The notes under the pieces: generated by a model
The model's input: only the letters and a program-made list of their open reading frames with translations
Told to the model about the DNA's origin: nothing
The model's database searches: none
In this document: one piece after another, positions 23,124 to 32,643 of the stretch
Layout of the letters: each line of letters opens with the position of its first letter
Position numbering within the stretch: the stretch's first letter is position 1
Assembly: GCA_902559305.1 (NCBI GenBank)
Contig: CACEHK010000001.1
Span: forward strand, 163,276 to 227,275
DNA length: 64,000 nt
Source: an uncultured Pelagibacteraceae bacterium
Lineage (GTDB): Bacteria; Pseudomonadota; Alphaproteobacteria; Pelagibacterales; Pelagibacteraceae
Reading direction: 5' to 3'
Program-made: the position numbers and the translations under genes

Positions 23124-23929
23124 CCTTCTAGCATCTCCCTTGCGTCAAAATTTAATTGCAAATCTTTCCATCTTTCATATCCGGTAGTGGGAACTCTTAA
23201 AGGCTGACACAATTGAATTGCTCTTAAAGCACTTTCTGCCAAAACCTTGTAAAATCCTTGTCCTGGTTTATTCATTCTCGCATGATCTAGTATTTCTGTT
23301 TTAATCACTGATCCATCTGGTTTTAGTTTTAATTTTATTCTTACAAGTAAATTTTCATTGTATGGTAATCCTAAAGGTATACTCCAACAACCAAAAATTT
23401 GTGCTTTTAATGCATCTTCTTCATTTAAGGTTAATCCTGTTAAATTCATATTTAAATCTTGTGATTGAGTTGTTTTATCAAGTTTTTTGGTTGTTTCGGC
23501 CAAATCTTCTTTTGATTTATCAATTAGTGCTGCAATTTTGTTTGGATCAAACATCTCGTCTTTTTCGAACTCCGAAACCTGTTTTATCTCATTATCTAAT
23601 TTTTCTGGATTTTGTTTTTTTTCTTCAATTTTTTTTACAACCTCTTTTTTTTCGTCAGGAAGAGGAATTGCGTCTGGTTTCTCCTTTTTTACCTTTTTGG
23701 GTGGTGCTTGCTCAGATACTAATTTTTCTTGTTTTTTTTTTACTTCTTCAATAATTTTTTTTGCTTTAGGGGCAAAAGGAATATTTGTCTGATCCGTAAT
23801 TTGTATAAGTTCTACTGAAATTATGGGAGGCAAATCAATAGGTTTTTTTGCTAGAAATGGTAAACTTAAAGTTGCAATAACAATTAAAAATATATGAAAA
23901 CCTGATGAAATTATAATATTTTTGTACAC
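23120..23929 (-). CDS. tolA: TolA
   Basis: N-terminal TM with His (SSGFH), charged linker, TonB-C-like domain (QIFGCW, ESALRAI); between tolR and tolB. Confidence 0.88.
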   Translation of the reverse strand: MYKNIIISSGFHIFLIVIATLSLPFLAKKPIDLPPIISVELIQITDQTNIPFAPKAKKIIEEVKKKQEKLVSEQAPPKKVKKEKPDAIPLPDEKKEVVKKIEEKKQNPEKLDNEIKQVSEFEKDEMFDPNKIAALIDKSKEDLAETTKKLDKTTQSQDLNMNLTGLTLNEEDALKAQIFGCWSIPLGLPYNENLLVRIKLKLKPDGSVIKTEILDHARMNKPGQGFYKVLAESALRAIQLCQPLRVPTTGYERWKDLQLNFDAREMLEG

Positions 23930-23932
23930 TCA

Positions 23933-24349
23933 CTATCTCTCTTTGTATGGTTCTGAAATCAAAGCAACTTTCGTAAACCCTGAGCCAGACAACATTCCCA
24001 TTATCTCAAGTACTCTTCCATAATTAATAGTTTTGTCACCTCTTACATAAATTCTAGTATCAGTTCTATTTTTTGAAACAGCTAAAATTTTTGCAATTAT
24101 TTTGTCATATTCAACTTTTGATTCTTGAATAAAAATTTCACCTTTTGAGTTAATTGTTAAAGTTAATGGTTCTTGCTCCTCAGGCAAAGAGTCTGCTGAA
24201 CTTTCTGGTAAATCAACTTGAACTCCCACTGTAAGTAATGGAGCAGTAACCATAAAAATTATTAATAAAACTAACATAACATCCACAAATGGAGTTACGT
24301 TTATTTCACTCATTGGTTCTCTTGATGAGTTTTTTAATTTAAATGACAT
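23933..24349 (-). CDS. tolR: TolR
   Basis: EINVTPFVDVMLVLLIIFMVTAP. Confidence 0.96.
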   Translation of the reverse strand: MSFKLKNSSREPMSEINVTPFVDVMLVLLIIFMVTAPLLTVGVQVDLPESSADSLPEEQEPLTLTINSKGEIFIQESKVEYDKIIAKILAVSKNRTDTRIYVRGDKTINYGRVLEIMGMLSGSGFTKVALISEPYKER

Positions 24350-24352
24350 TAA

Positions 24353-25027
24353 TTAAATTATTGAAGTAAACCTTTTTGAGAAAGATTCTAATTTCTGAGA
24401 ATATTTTTTAGATTCGCTACTAAATTTATTGTAAGCAATTACAGCTGGAATTGCTGCTAGTAAACCTAAAGCTGTAGCAAATAAGGCTTCGGCAATTCCT
24501 GGTGCTACAATAGCTAAACTAGTATTTCTTGAAATTGCTATTGATTGAAAAGAGTTCATAATTCCCCAAACAGTTCCAAATAATCCAATAAATGGAGCTG
24601 TAGAACCTACTGTAGCTAAGAAAGTGTAACTTTTTTCAATTGCATTCATTTGTTTTTCAATACTAACTTGCAACATACTTTCTAATCTATTTGATATATT
24701 TGATTTAGATTTTGATTTTATTATAACTTGCATTGTATCCTTAAATACTTTTGCCATTGGATCATCCATATTTTGTGGCAAATTATTATAAAAAGATTCT
24801 GCGGATCTTGATTTCCAAAATTTATTTTCAAAATCATCTGAGCTTTTATTTATTTTTTTAAAAAGACGATATTTTTCTATAATTATAGCCCATGAATATA
24901 TTGAAGAGGCAATTAATATAATTATAACGGATTTTACAATTACATCAGCTCTTAGAAATAAATTTAAAATTGAAAAATCTGCGTTACTTGTAAGACCAAC
25001 AGCTTGTGATGTAATATCTGCTTCCAT
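24353..25027 (-). CDS. tolQ: TolQ
   Basis: APFIGLFGTVWGIM, PGIAEALFATALGL. Confidence 0.96.
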   Translation of the reverse strand: MEADITSQAVGLTSNADFSILNLFLRADVIVKSVIIILIASSIYSWAIIIEKYRLFKKINKSSDDFENKFWKSRSAESFYNNLPQNMDDPMAKVFKDTMQVIIKSKSKSNISNRLESMLQVSIEKQMNAIEKSYTFLATVGSTAPFIGLFGTVWGIMNSFQSIAISRNTSLAIVAPGIAEALFATALGLLAAIPAVIAYNKFSSESKKYSQKLESFSKRFTSII

Positions 25028-25055
25028 TATGTTTGTTTCACACTAAAATGTGTCA

Positions 25056-25069
25056 TCAATTTGACCTCA
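25056..25069 (-). promoter_or_regulatory. TGA-N8-TGA direct repeat upstream of tolQ (possible CenR-type box)
   Basis: Minus strand TGAggtcaaatTGA, 28 nt upstream of the tolQ ATG. Confidence 0.3.
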
Positions 25070-25080
25070 ATTAATGCTTA

Positions 25081-25575
25081 TTAATCTATGTTTTTATAAG
25101 TATTATAAAAAAAACTAGCAATTAATATTGCGTCAGCTTTATTTGAATCTTTTTTTTTAGATAACTTTGATGATACATAGGGGAAAATTTCTATAACTTT
25201 GGTTCTACTAGCATCTTTTTCCGTTTTAATTAAACCAAAATATTTTTTCCATTTGGCGGGTCTAACAAAGTGCATGGAGAGCTGCATAGCTGAACAAATT
25301 CCTTTTAAAACACCAAAAGACTGGCCAAAATTAAACATGCTGGTTACACCTTGACCTGGCATTGCTGAAACTTGCTCAATAACAACAAAAATATCTTTGT
25401 TTTGAAATTTTTCTAATCTCAAAGAAAGCTCATTATAAATTTGTGGGCCATTTATTTGTCTTTTATTTTTTTTTCCATCAGCCATTGTGGGCATTTCTAA
25501 TATTTCTTTTACCTGTCCATCTTCAAAGAAACAAATTGCTCCTGAAATTCCTGGGTCTATTCCAATAATAATCAT
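25081..25575 (-). CDS. RuvC-fold Holliday junction resolvase, MOC1/phage-like subtype
   Basis: IGIDPG (D7), IEQV (E67), VRPAKWK, KDASR..IFP..KKKDSNKADAILIA (D143/D148); occupies the ruvC position between yebC and tolQ. Confidence 0.82.
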   Translation of the reverse strand: MIIIGIDPGISGAICFFEDGQVKEILEMPTMADGKKNKRQINGPQIYNELSLRLEKFQNKDIFVVIEQVSAMPGQGVTSMFNFGQSFGVLKGICSAMQLSMHFVRPAKWKKYFGLIKTEKDASRTKVIEIFPYVSSKLSKKKDSNKADAILIASFFYNTYKNID

Positions 25576-25584
25576 TAATTTGAT

Positions 25585-26301
25585 TTATAGTTTAGCATTT
25601 GTATATAAGTTTTGTACATCGTCATCCTCTTCTAGTGTTTCTAAAAAATTTATCACTTCTTCTTTGTTTTCAGGAAGTAAATCAACTTTATTTATTGGCA
25701 CCCACTCTATTTCGGTAGATAAAAAATTGTTAACTTCTTTTTCTAATTTTTTTTTTACATTATAAATTTCATTTTTATCACATTGTATTTCGTGATAAAG
25801 TGCTTTTGAAAAACATTCATTAGCACCAGTATCAGCAGTTAAATTAAATATTTTATCTTCGCTAACTTCTTCTTTATCAATTTTTATTACTCCAACCTGT
25901 ATAAAATTATGAGATGCTGAACCTTGTGTTCCTAAGTTTCCACCGTTCTTTTGGAAAATTGTTCTTAAATTTGAAGCTGTTCTATTTTTATTATTTGTCA
26001 AAGTTTCAACGATAACTGCTATTTTTTTTGGTCCAAAGCCCTCATATCTAATATTTTCATAGTTTAAATCAGTGGTAATTTCCGACTTTTCAATTGCTCT
26101 TTGTATATTGTCTTTTGGCATATTAGCTGATTTTGCAGATTGAATTGCAGATCTAAGTCTTGCATTCATATCAGGATTTTTATCTCCTAGTTTTGCTGAA
26201 ACAGTAATTTCTCTTGAAAGTTTAGAAAAAAGATTTGAACGAGCCTTGTCAGCTTTACCTTTTTTATGTTTAATTCCTGCCCAATGTGAATGTCCTGCCA
26301 T
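25585..26301 (-). CDS. yebC: YebC/PmpR family protein
   Basis: MAGHSHWAGIKHKK, RYEGFGP, TNNKNRT, LEEDDDVQNLYTN. Confidence 0.96.
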   Translation of the reverse strand: MAGHSHWAGIKHKKGKADKARSNLFSKLSREITVSAKLGDKNPDMNARLRSAIQSAKSANMPKDNIQRAIEKSEITTDLNYENIRYEGFGPKKIAVIVETLTNNKNRTASNLRTIFQKNGGNLGTQGSASHNFIQVGVIKIDKEEVSEDKIFNLTADTGANECFSKALYHEIQCDKNEIYNVKKKLEKEVNNFLSTEIEWVPINKVDLLPENKEEVINFLETLEEDDDVQNLYTNAKL

Positions 26302-26309
26302 AAAATAAT

Positions 26310-27110
26310 TTATTTTGATAATTCTCCTCCAAATATAAACGGCACAGCTTTTTTTGCTAAACCGCTGCTTATATCACATTCAACAACTAATCCGCATAAT
26401 GTTGCTTCACCTAATGCAGGAAAATTTTTTTGTGAGTCTTTTTTTAAAAAACGATTTAAGGAGTTATTTTTATTCATTCCAATTACTGAATTATAGTCTC
26501 CGCACATTCCGGCATCAGTTTGATAAGCAGTTCCATTAGGTAAAACTCTTACATCGTTTGTGGGAACATGAGTATGTGTGCCAACCAACATTGTTGCCTT
26601 TCCATCAAAAAAATGACCTATTGCCATTTTTTCACTTGTTATTTCTCCGTGAAAATCCACCACTAAAAAATCAAAGTCTTTTTTTAATTTATATTTTTTT
26701 AAAAATGAATTAGCTGACTCAAAAACATCTTCACATTTTTTCATGAAAACATTTCCCATTAAGTTTAGTACTCCAATTTTATATCCATTTTTTGAGTTAT
26801 AGACCTCAAATCCTTTACCTGGAGAGTTAATGGGAAGATTTGCAGGTCTCAAAAGTCTTCTTTCTTTTTCTATATGATTAGCGGTTTCTTTTTGATCCCA
26901 CACATGATTACCAGTAGTAATAACATTAACACCAGAGTTAAAAAGATTATTAGAAATTTTTTCTGTGATTCCAACTCCTTGTTCAGCTGCATTTTCGCCA
27001 TTGACTACAACAAATTCGATTTTTTTTTCTAGTATTATGCTATTTAAATTATCAATAACTGCAGAGGTTCCAGAATTTCCAACTATATCCCCTAAAAAAA
27101 AAATATTCAT
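26310..27110 (-). CDS. YmdB-like metallophosphoesterase (TIGR00282 type)
   Basis: GDIVG, NGENAA, TGNHVWD, DFHGEITSEK, GTHTHV. Confidence 0.93.
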   Translation of the reverse strand: MNIFFLGDIVGNSGTSAVIDNLNSIILEKKIEFVVVNGENAAEQGVGITEKISNNLFNSGVNVITTGNHVWDQKETANHIEKERRLLRPANLPINSPGKGFEVYNSKNGYKIGVLNLMGNVFMKKCEDVFESANSFLKKYKLKKDFDFLVVDFHGEITSEKMAIGHFFDGKATMLVGTHTHVPTNDVRVLPNGTAYQTDAGMCGDYNSVIGMNKNNSLNRFLKKDSQKNFPALGEATLCGLVVECDISSGLAKKAVPFIFGGELSK

Positions 27111-27637
27111 TGTATAATGCCCTTTTCAGTTAAAATAATATCTAATTTTTTATCAAATCTATTTAAAGGGACTTTTTTTATTTTTTGGCAAGAGTGCGCA
27201 ATTCCAATTTTTAATAAAGATTTTTTTTTTGATATTTTTTCAATGTACCTGTCATAATAGCCTCCACCATACCCGATACGGTATAATTTTTTATCAAAAG
27301 CCACTATTGGAACAAATATTATATCTGGAATAATTTTTTTTTTTTCTTGAGGTTCTGGAATTCCGAATTTATTCAAATTCAATATATCGTTAGTCGACCA
27401 TCTACAAAAGTCCATTTGATTATTTTTTTTTATGACTGGCATACATATTTTTTCACCTTTGTTATCTAATTCTTTTAAAAAATTTAATATATCAATTTCG
27501 AAATTGACAGGGAAATATCCTCCAATAATTTTATTTTTTATTTTATTTAAAACTTTAGCAAAACAAATTTTAATATTTTTTTTATTCTTTTCTTTTCTAA
27601 TTTTTAATATTCTTTTTCTTATTTGAGATTTTAACAC
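27107..27637 (-). CDS. ygfA: 5-formyltetrahydrofolate cyclo-ligase
   Basis: FGIPEP, VPIVAFD, RIGYGGGYYDR, DIILTE. Confidence 0.94.
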   Translation of the reverse strand: MLKSQIRKRILKIRKEKNKKNIKICFAKVLNKIKNKIIGGYFPVNFEIDILNFLKELDNKGEKICMPVIKKNNQMDFCRWSTNDILNLNKFGIPEPQEKKKIIPDIIFVPIVAFDKKLYRIGYGGGYYDRYIEKISKKKSLLKIGIAHSCQKIKKVPLNRFDKKLDIILTEKGIIQ

Positions 27638-27642
27638 AGAAT

Positions 27643-28089
27643 TTACTGTAATGGATTTTCTAAATTAACTTTTTTTAAAAAGTTTTCTATTTCATCTGCA
27701 GCTTTTTCAATAACTTTTTCATACTCTAAATTACTTTTTTCTAGCAAATTTTTTAATTTCTTTTGTTCTTCATTTAAATTATTAATCTCATTATCTTTGT
27801 TTTCTTTATATTCATAAACTAGGGATTTTAATTCTTTAAATTTTTCAGTTAAATTATGTAATTCATTAATTTTTTTTTCAATTTTTTTCTTGGTTTCAAA
27901 ATATTCATCAAGTGTAGTAATACAAGTAATCAATAATAGTTTATTTTCTCCAATATTCCCTAATGAAGATTTTAGTTTATTAAATTTTTCATTTAAATGA
28001 ATTGACAATTCTTCTAAATGCTCTTCTTGGCCGTCTTCACAAGATAGAAGGAATTCTTTATTATTAAATTTTATATTTACATTTGCCAT
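27643..28089 (-). CDS. zapA: Cell division protein ZapA with extended C-terminal coiled coil
   Basis: VNIKFNNKEFLLSCEDGQEEHL, GNIGENKLL; usual position between tkt and ygfA. Confidence 0.88.
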   Translation of the reverse strand: MANVNIKFNNKEFLLSCEDGQEEHLEELSIHLNEKFNKLKSSLGNIGENKLLLITCITTLDEYFETKKKIEKKINELHNLTEKFKELKSLVYEYKENKDNEINNLNEEQKKLKNLLEKSNLEYEKVIEKAADEIENFLKKVNLENPLQ

Positions 28090-28400
28090 TTATCTATTTC
28101 CTCTAACAAACTATCTGTTTCTTGATTTAATTCATCAATTTTATCGGAAAATTCTAATTCTTTTTTTTTTTCTTCTTCTTTTTTTAAGCTTAATTCGTCT
28201 ATTTTTAATTTTAGAATTTGGTAATTATCGTTTAACTCCTTATATTTAATTTCTAATTCTTTTTTTTCAATTTCTAATTGATTCTTTTGTTGATCAAGAT
28301 TTAAAATGGTTTCTTTTTGATAGAAATTGTCTGGTTTTATTAAATTCAATTTTTCTAAAGCCTCACTCAACTTTTTTTCTTTTTCATAGATGGAATTCAT
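28077..28400 (-). CDS. Small coiled-coil protein upstream of zapA (ZauP/ZapB-like by position)
   Basis: Almost entirely heptad-patterned E/K/L helix; overlaps the zapA start. Confidence 0.65.
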   Translation of the reverse strand: MNSIYEKEKKLSEALEKLNLIKPDNFYQKETILNLDQQKNQLEIEKKELEIKYKELNDNYQILKLKIDELSLKKEEEKKKELEFSDKIDELNQETDSLLEEIDKWQM

Positions 28401-28454
28401 ATATATATAATTATATTAATAAATTGATTCACCCAAGTCTACATAGGATATTTT

Positions 28455-30413
28455 TTGTACAAAAATAATAAAGATTTATCCAGTGCCATAAGGTTTTTGT
28501 CTATAGATGCAGTACAAAAAGCTAATTCTGGGCATCCAGGAATGCCCATGGGAATGGCAGATGTGGCTACTGTTCTTTTCAAAAATTTCTTAAAATTTAA
28601 TCCAAAAAACCCTAATTGGCTTAATAGAGATAGATTTGTATTGTCAGCAGGTCATGGCTCTATGCTGCTTTACTCTATTTTATATTTAACTGGATATAAT
28701 AGTATTTCATTAAAAAATATTAAGAAATTTAGACAACTAAACTCAATTTGTGCTGGTCATCCTGAGTATCATCCAGGATCTGGTATTGAAACAACAACTG
28801 GCCCTCTAGGTCAAGGAATTGCAAACTCTGTTGGTTTTGCAATTGCAGAAGAAATCTTAAAAAAAAAACTCGGTAAAGAAATAATCAATCACAAAACATA
28901 TGTTTTAGCAGGAGATGGATGTTTAATGGAAGGAATTAGTCATGAAGCAATGAGTCTTGCGGGCCACCTTAAACTTAAAAACTTAGTTATGTTATTTGAT
29001 AATAATTCAATATCAATTGACGGACCAACTAGTCTGGCTGTTTCTGATAATTTTAAGAAAAGATTTGAAAGCTATGGGTGGGAATATGTTGATATTAATG
29101 GTCATAATTACAGTGAAATATTTATGGCATTAAAAAAAGTTCAAAATGCAAAAAAACCAACAATTATTTCTTGCAAAACAAAAATTGGTTATGGGTCACC
29201 AAATAAATCTGGAAAAGCTTCTTCACACGGAAGTCCTCTTGGAAAAGAAGAAGTTGAATTAGTTAGAAAAAAATTAAATTGGAAATATAAACCATTTGAA
29301 GTTCCTAAAAATATTTTAAATGAATGGAAAAAAATAGGTATTAAAGGAGCAAAACTTGAGTCAAATTGGAATAAAATATATAAAAGAAAAAAAAGTAAAA
29401 TAGATAAAATTTTTAAAAATCAATTCAATAAAGTACTTAAATCCGAAAAAAAAAATGCATTTAAAAATATAAAAAGTCTAGCAACCAGAAAAAGCTCAGA
29501 ATTGATTTTAAGTGCTCTGACTTACGGAAATAATACTTTGATTGGGGGCTCAGCTGACTTGGCTGGTTCAAATAATACCAAAACTAAATTCCACAACATA
29601 ATTAAAGAAAATAATTTTAATGGGAACTATATACATTACGGAGTAAGAGAACATGCTATGTGTGGAATAATGAATGGCCTTGCTCTGCACAGCAAACTTA
29701 TTCCGTATGGAGGAACTTTTCTAATATTTTCAGACTACTGTAAACCTTCAATTAGATTATCTGCTTTAATGAAACAACGAGTTATATATGTTATGACACA
29801 TGACTCTATTGGCTTGGGTGAAGATGGTCCAACACATCAGCCAATTGAACAATTGACTGGGCTAAGATCAATTCCTAATCTAAATATCTTTAGACCTGCT
29901 GATAGAACTGAAACTATTGAATGCTGGGATTTAGCTTTAAAAAATTCAAAAACTCCAAGTATTTTATCATTAACAAGACAAAACCTTAATCCAGTAAGAA
30001 AAAAATACTCTCATAATAATAAATGTTCTTATGGAGCTTATGAAATTTTTAGATCAAATAAAAAAATTAAATTAACTATATTAGCAAGTGGGTCTGAGGT
30101 TGATTTGGCTATTAAAACTAGCCTTAAATTGGCCAAAAACAAAATATATTCAAAAGTTATATCAGTGCCGTGCCAGGATATTTTTGACATACAATCAAAT
30201 TTTTATAAGAAAAAAATTCTTGGTGAAACAAAGTTAAAAGTATCAATCGAGGCAGGGTCAACAGATTGTTGGAAAAAATATGTTGGTATTGAAGGATTTA
30301 CTTTTGGAATAGATAAATTTGGTAAAAGTGCTCCTTATAAAGATATTTATAAAGATTTTGGGCTAACTGTAGAAAATATTTCAAAAAAAATAAAACTTAT
30401 AATAAAAAATTAA
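28455..30413 (+). CDS. tkt: Transketolase
   Basis: [42 protein letters not shown]; TTG start with AGGA upstream. Confidence 0.98.
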   Translation: MYKNNKDLSSAIRFLSIDAVQKANSGHPGMPMGMADVATVLFKNFLKFNPKNPNWLNRDRFVLSAGHGSMLLYSILYLTGYNSISLKNIKKFRQLNSICAGHPEYHPGSGIETTTGPLGQGIANSVGFAIAEEILKKKLGKEIINHKTYVLAGDGCLMEGISHEAMSLAGHLKLKNLVMLFDNNSISIDGPTSLAVSDNFKKRFESYGWEYVDINGHNYSEIFMALKKVQNAKKPTIISCKTKIGYGSPNKSGKASSHGSPLGKEEVELVRKKLNWKYKPFEVPKNILNEWKKIGIKGAKLESNWNKIYKRKKSKIDKIFKNQFNKVLKSEKKNAFKNIKSLATRKSSELILSALTYGNNTLIGGSADLAGSNNTKTKFHNIIKENNFNGNYIHYGVREHAMCGIMNGLALHSKLIPYGGTFLIFSDYCKPSIRLSALMKQRVIYVMTHDSIGLGEDGPTHQPIEQLTGLRSIPNLNIFRPADRTETIECWDLALKNSKTPSILSLTRQNLNPVRKKYSHNNKCSYGAYEIFRSNKKIKLTILASGSEVDLAIKTSLKLAKNKIYSKVISVPCQDIFDIQSNFYKKKILGETKLKVSIEAGSTDCWKKYVGIEGFTFGIDKFGKSAPYKDIYKDFGLTVENISKKIKLIIKN

Positions 30414-30414
30414 A

Positions 30415-31422
30415 ATGGCTGTAAAAATTGGAATTAATGGGATGGGTAGAATTGGAAGGATGATAGTGCGATCTATATTTGAAAGTCAAAATAAAAATAT
30501 TAAAGTCAAGCATATAAATAATAGATCTAATTCTGAAACAACATGTGCTCTTTTAAAACATGATTCAGTTCATGGAAAGTTCAATGTTGATCTAGAATTT
30601 GATGAAAAATCAATTTCAATAAATAAAAATAAAATTTCTTTTTCCCAAGAATCCTCTTTAGAAAACATTAATTGGAAAAAATATGATGTAGATTATGTCT
30701 TTGAATGTACTGGAAAATTTAATTCAAAGGATAAATTATTAAACCATATAAAAAATGGAGCAAAAAAAGTTATAGTTTCTGCTCCATGTAAAAATGCTGA
30801 TAAAACAATCGTATTTGGAGTAAATGAAAAAGTCATAAAAAAAAGTGATCTCATAATTTCAGCGGCCTCTTGTACTACTAATTGCTTGGCTCCTGTTGCT
30901 CACGTTCTAAATGAAAATTTTGAAATTGAAAAAGGATTTATGACAACAATTCACTCATTTACTACTGACCAAAGAATACTTGATAATTCACACAAAGACC
31001 TAAGAAGGGCAAGATCAGCAAGTCAATCAATTGTTCCAACCTCAACTGGTGCATCAAAAGCAATTGGAGAAATTATACCGTCTCTTAAAGGTAAATTAGA
31101 AGGTGTAGCAATGAGAGTGCCAACTCCAAATGTTTCTTTGGTCGAATTGGTTTTTTGTACAAAAAAAGATTTGAGTATTGAAAAAATTAATTCAGCATTC
31201 AAGAGCTTTAGTAAAAAACAAAAAACAAAAGTTTTAGAAACAACTCAAGAAAAACTTGTATCTATTGATTTTAACCATAATCCTGCATCATCAATAGTTG
31301 ATACAACTTTAACTAATGTTGTTGGAAAAAATATGGGTAAAATTTCTGCTTGGTATGATAATGAATGGGGTTTTTCAAATAGAATGTGTGATATAGCAGA
31401 ATACCTTCATAAAATTTCCTAA
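30415..31422 (+). CDS. gap: Glyceraldehyde-3-phosphate dehydrogenase (type I)
   Basis: GINGMGRIGR, ASCTTNCL, RVPT, WYDNEWGF. Confidence 0.96.
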   Translation: MAVKIGINGMGRIGRMIVRSIFESQNKNIKVKHINNRSNSETTCALLKHDSVHGKFNVDLEFDEKSISINKNKISFSQESSLENINWKKYDVDYVFECTGKFNSKDKLLNHIKNGAKKVIVSAPCKNADKTIVFGVNEKVIKKSDLIISAASCTTNCLAPVAHVLNENFEIEKGFMTTIHSFTTDQRILDNSHKDLRRARSASQSIVPTSTGASKAIGEIIPSLKGKLEGVAMRVPTPNVSLVELVFCTKKDLSIEKINSAFKSFSKKQKTKVLETTQEKLVSIDFNHNPASSIVDTTLTNVVGKNMGKISAWYDNEWGFSNRMCDIAEYLHKIS

Positions 31423-32642
31423 TGAAAAATATTAATGATCAATCTTTATCTGATATTGAGCTGAAAAAAATATTACTTAGATTGGACCTAAATGTGCCAT
31501 TAAAAAACGGTAATATTATTGATTTAACTAGAATTGAAAAGATTATACCTACAATAATATTTTTATTAAAAAATAATACAAAAATAATAATAATTTCTCA
31601 TATAGGAAGACCCAAAGGTAAAACTAATGAACTGATGTCACTTAAACCAGTTGCTGAAAAACTAGAAAATATATTAAAAACTTCTCCTGATATTAGTTTT
31701 CTTTATGGTACTGACCAAAAAATAAGATTAGTAAAAAAAAATTTAAAAGAAATTACCAAAGAAGAAATTTTTATTAGTAAAAATGAAAAAATAGTGATGC
31801 TCGAAAACATAAGATTTTACGAAGAAGAAGAAAATAATGATGACAATTTTGCAAAAAAATTGTCATCTTTGGGTGATATATATGTGAACGATGCATTTTC
31901 GTGTTCGCATAGATCTCACGCCTCAGTAGATAATATCACTAAATATTTACCTTCATTTGCTGGAATACAACTAAATGAAGAAGTTAGTGCATTAAAAAAA
32001 ATTACTTCAGAAATAAAAAAACCAATTACATGTATTATAGGTGGCTCAAAAATATCTACAAAAATTAATATTATTAAAAACTTAATACCAAAGCTTGATA
32101 ATATTATAATTGTTGGTGGAATGGCTAATAATATTTTAAAATATAAAGGCTATTCTATAGGAAAATCAATAAAAGAGGAAAATTGTGAAACAATTATAGA
32201 TGAGATTTTTATAACAGCAAAAAAATATGAATGTTCCTTAATTTTCCCTGATGATGTTGCGGTAGGTAAAGGTAAAGAAGACTCCCCAAAAATAAAAAAA
32301 ATAAATGAAATTGAAAATGACGATTTAATTTTAGATATTGGTCCAACAACTATAAATAATATTAAAAATAAAATTGAAACAAGTAAAACAGTTTTATGGA
32401 ATGGTCCTGCTGGATATTTTGAAAATCCTGATTTTAGAAAAGGTAGTTCTGAAATTGCAAAAAAAATAGCTGAGAAAAGTAAAGACAATTCTCTTTATTC
32501 TGTTGCTGGCGGTGGAGATACAATTGCTGTTTTAAATTTGACAAACACTTTAAAATATTTGAATTTTGGCTCAACTGCTGGTGGAGCATTTTTAGAATAT
32601 CTTGAAGGAAAAGAACTTCCTGGTATAAAAGCTCTAAACTAA
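31422..32642 (+). CDS. pgk: Phosphoglycerate kinase
   Basis: RLDLNVP, SHIGRP, ENIRF, WNGPAG, GGGD, STAGGAFLE. Confidence 0.96.
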   Translation: MKNINDQSLSDIELKKILLRLDLNVPLKNGNIIDLTRIEKIIPTIIFLLKNNTKIIIISHIGRPKGKTNELMSLKPVAEKLENILKTSPDISFLYGTDQKIRLVKKNLKEITKEEIFISKNEKIVMLENIRFYEEEENNDDNFAKKLSSLGDIYVNDAFSCSHRSHASVDNITKYLPSFAGIQLNEEVSALKKITSEIKKPITCIIGGSKISTKINIIKNLIPKLDNIIIVGGMANNILKYKGYSIGKSIKEENCETIIDEIFITAKKYECSLIFPDDVAVGKGKEDSPKIKKINEIENDDLILDIGPTTINNIKNKIETSKTVLWNGPAGYFENPDFRKGSSEIAKKIAEKSKDNSLYSVAGGGDTIAVLNLTNTLKYLNFGSTAGGAFLEYLEGKELPGIKALN

Positions 32643-32643
32643 T

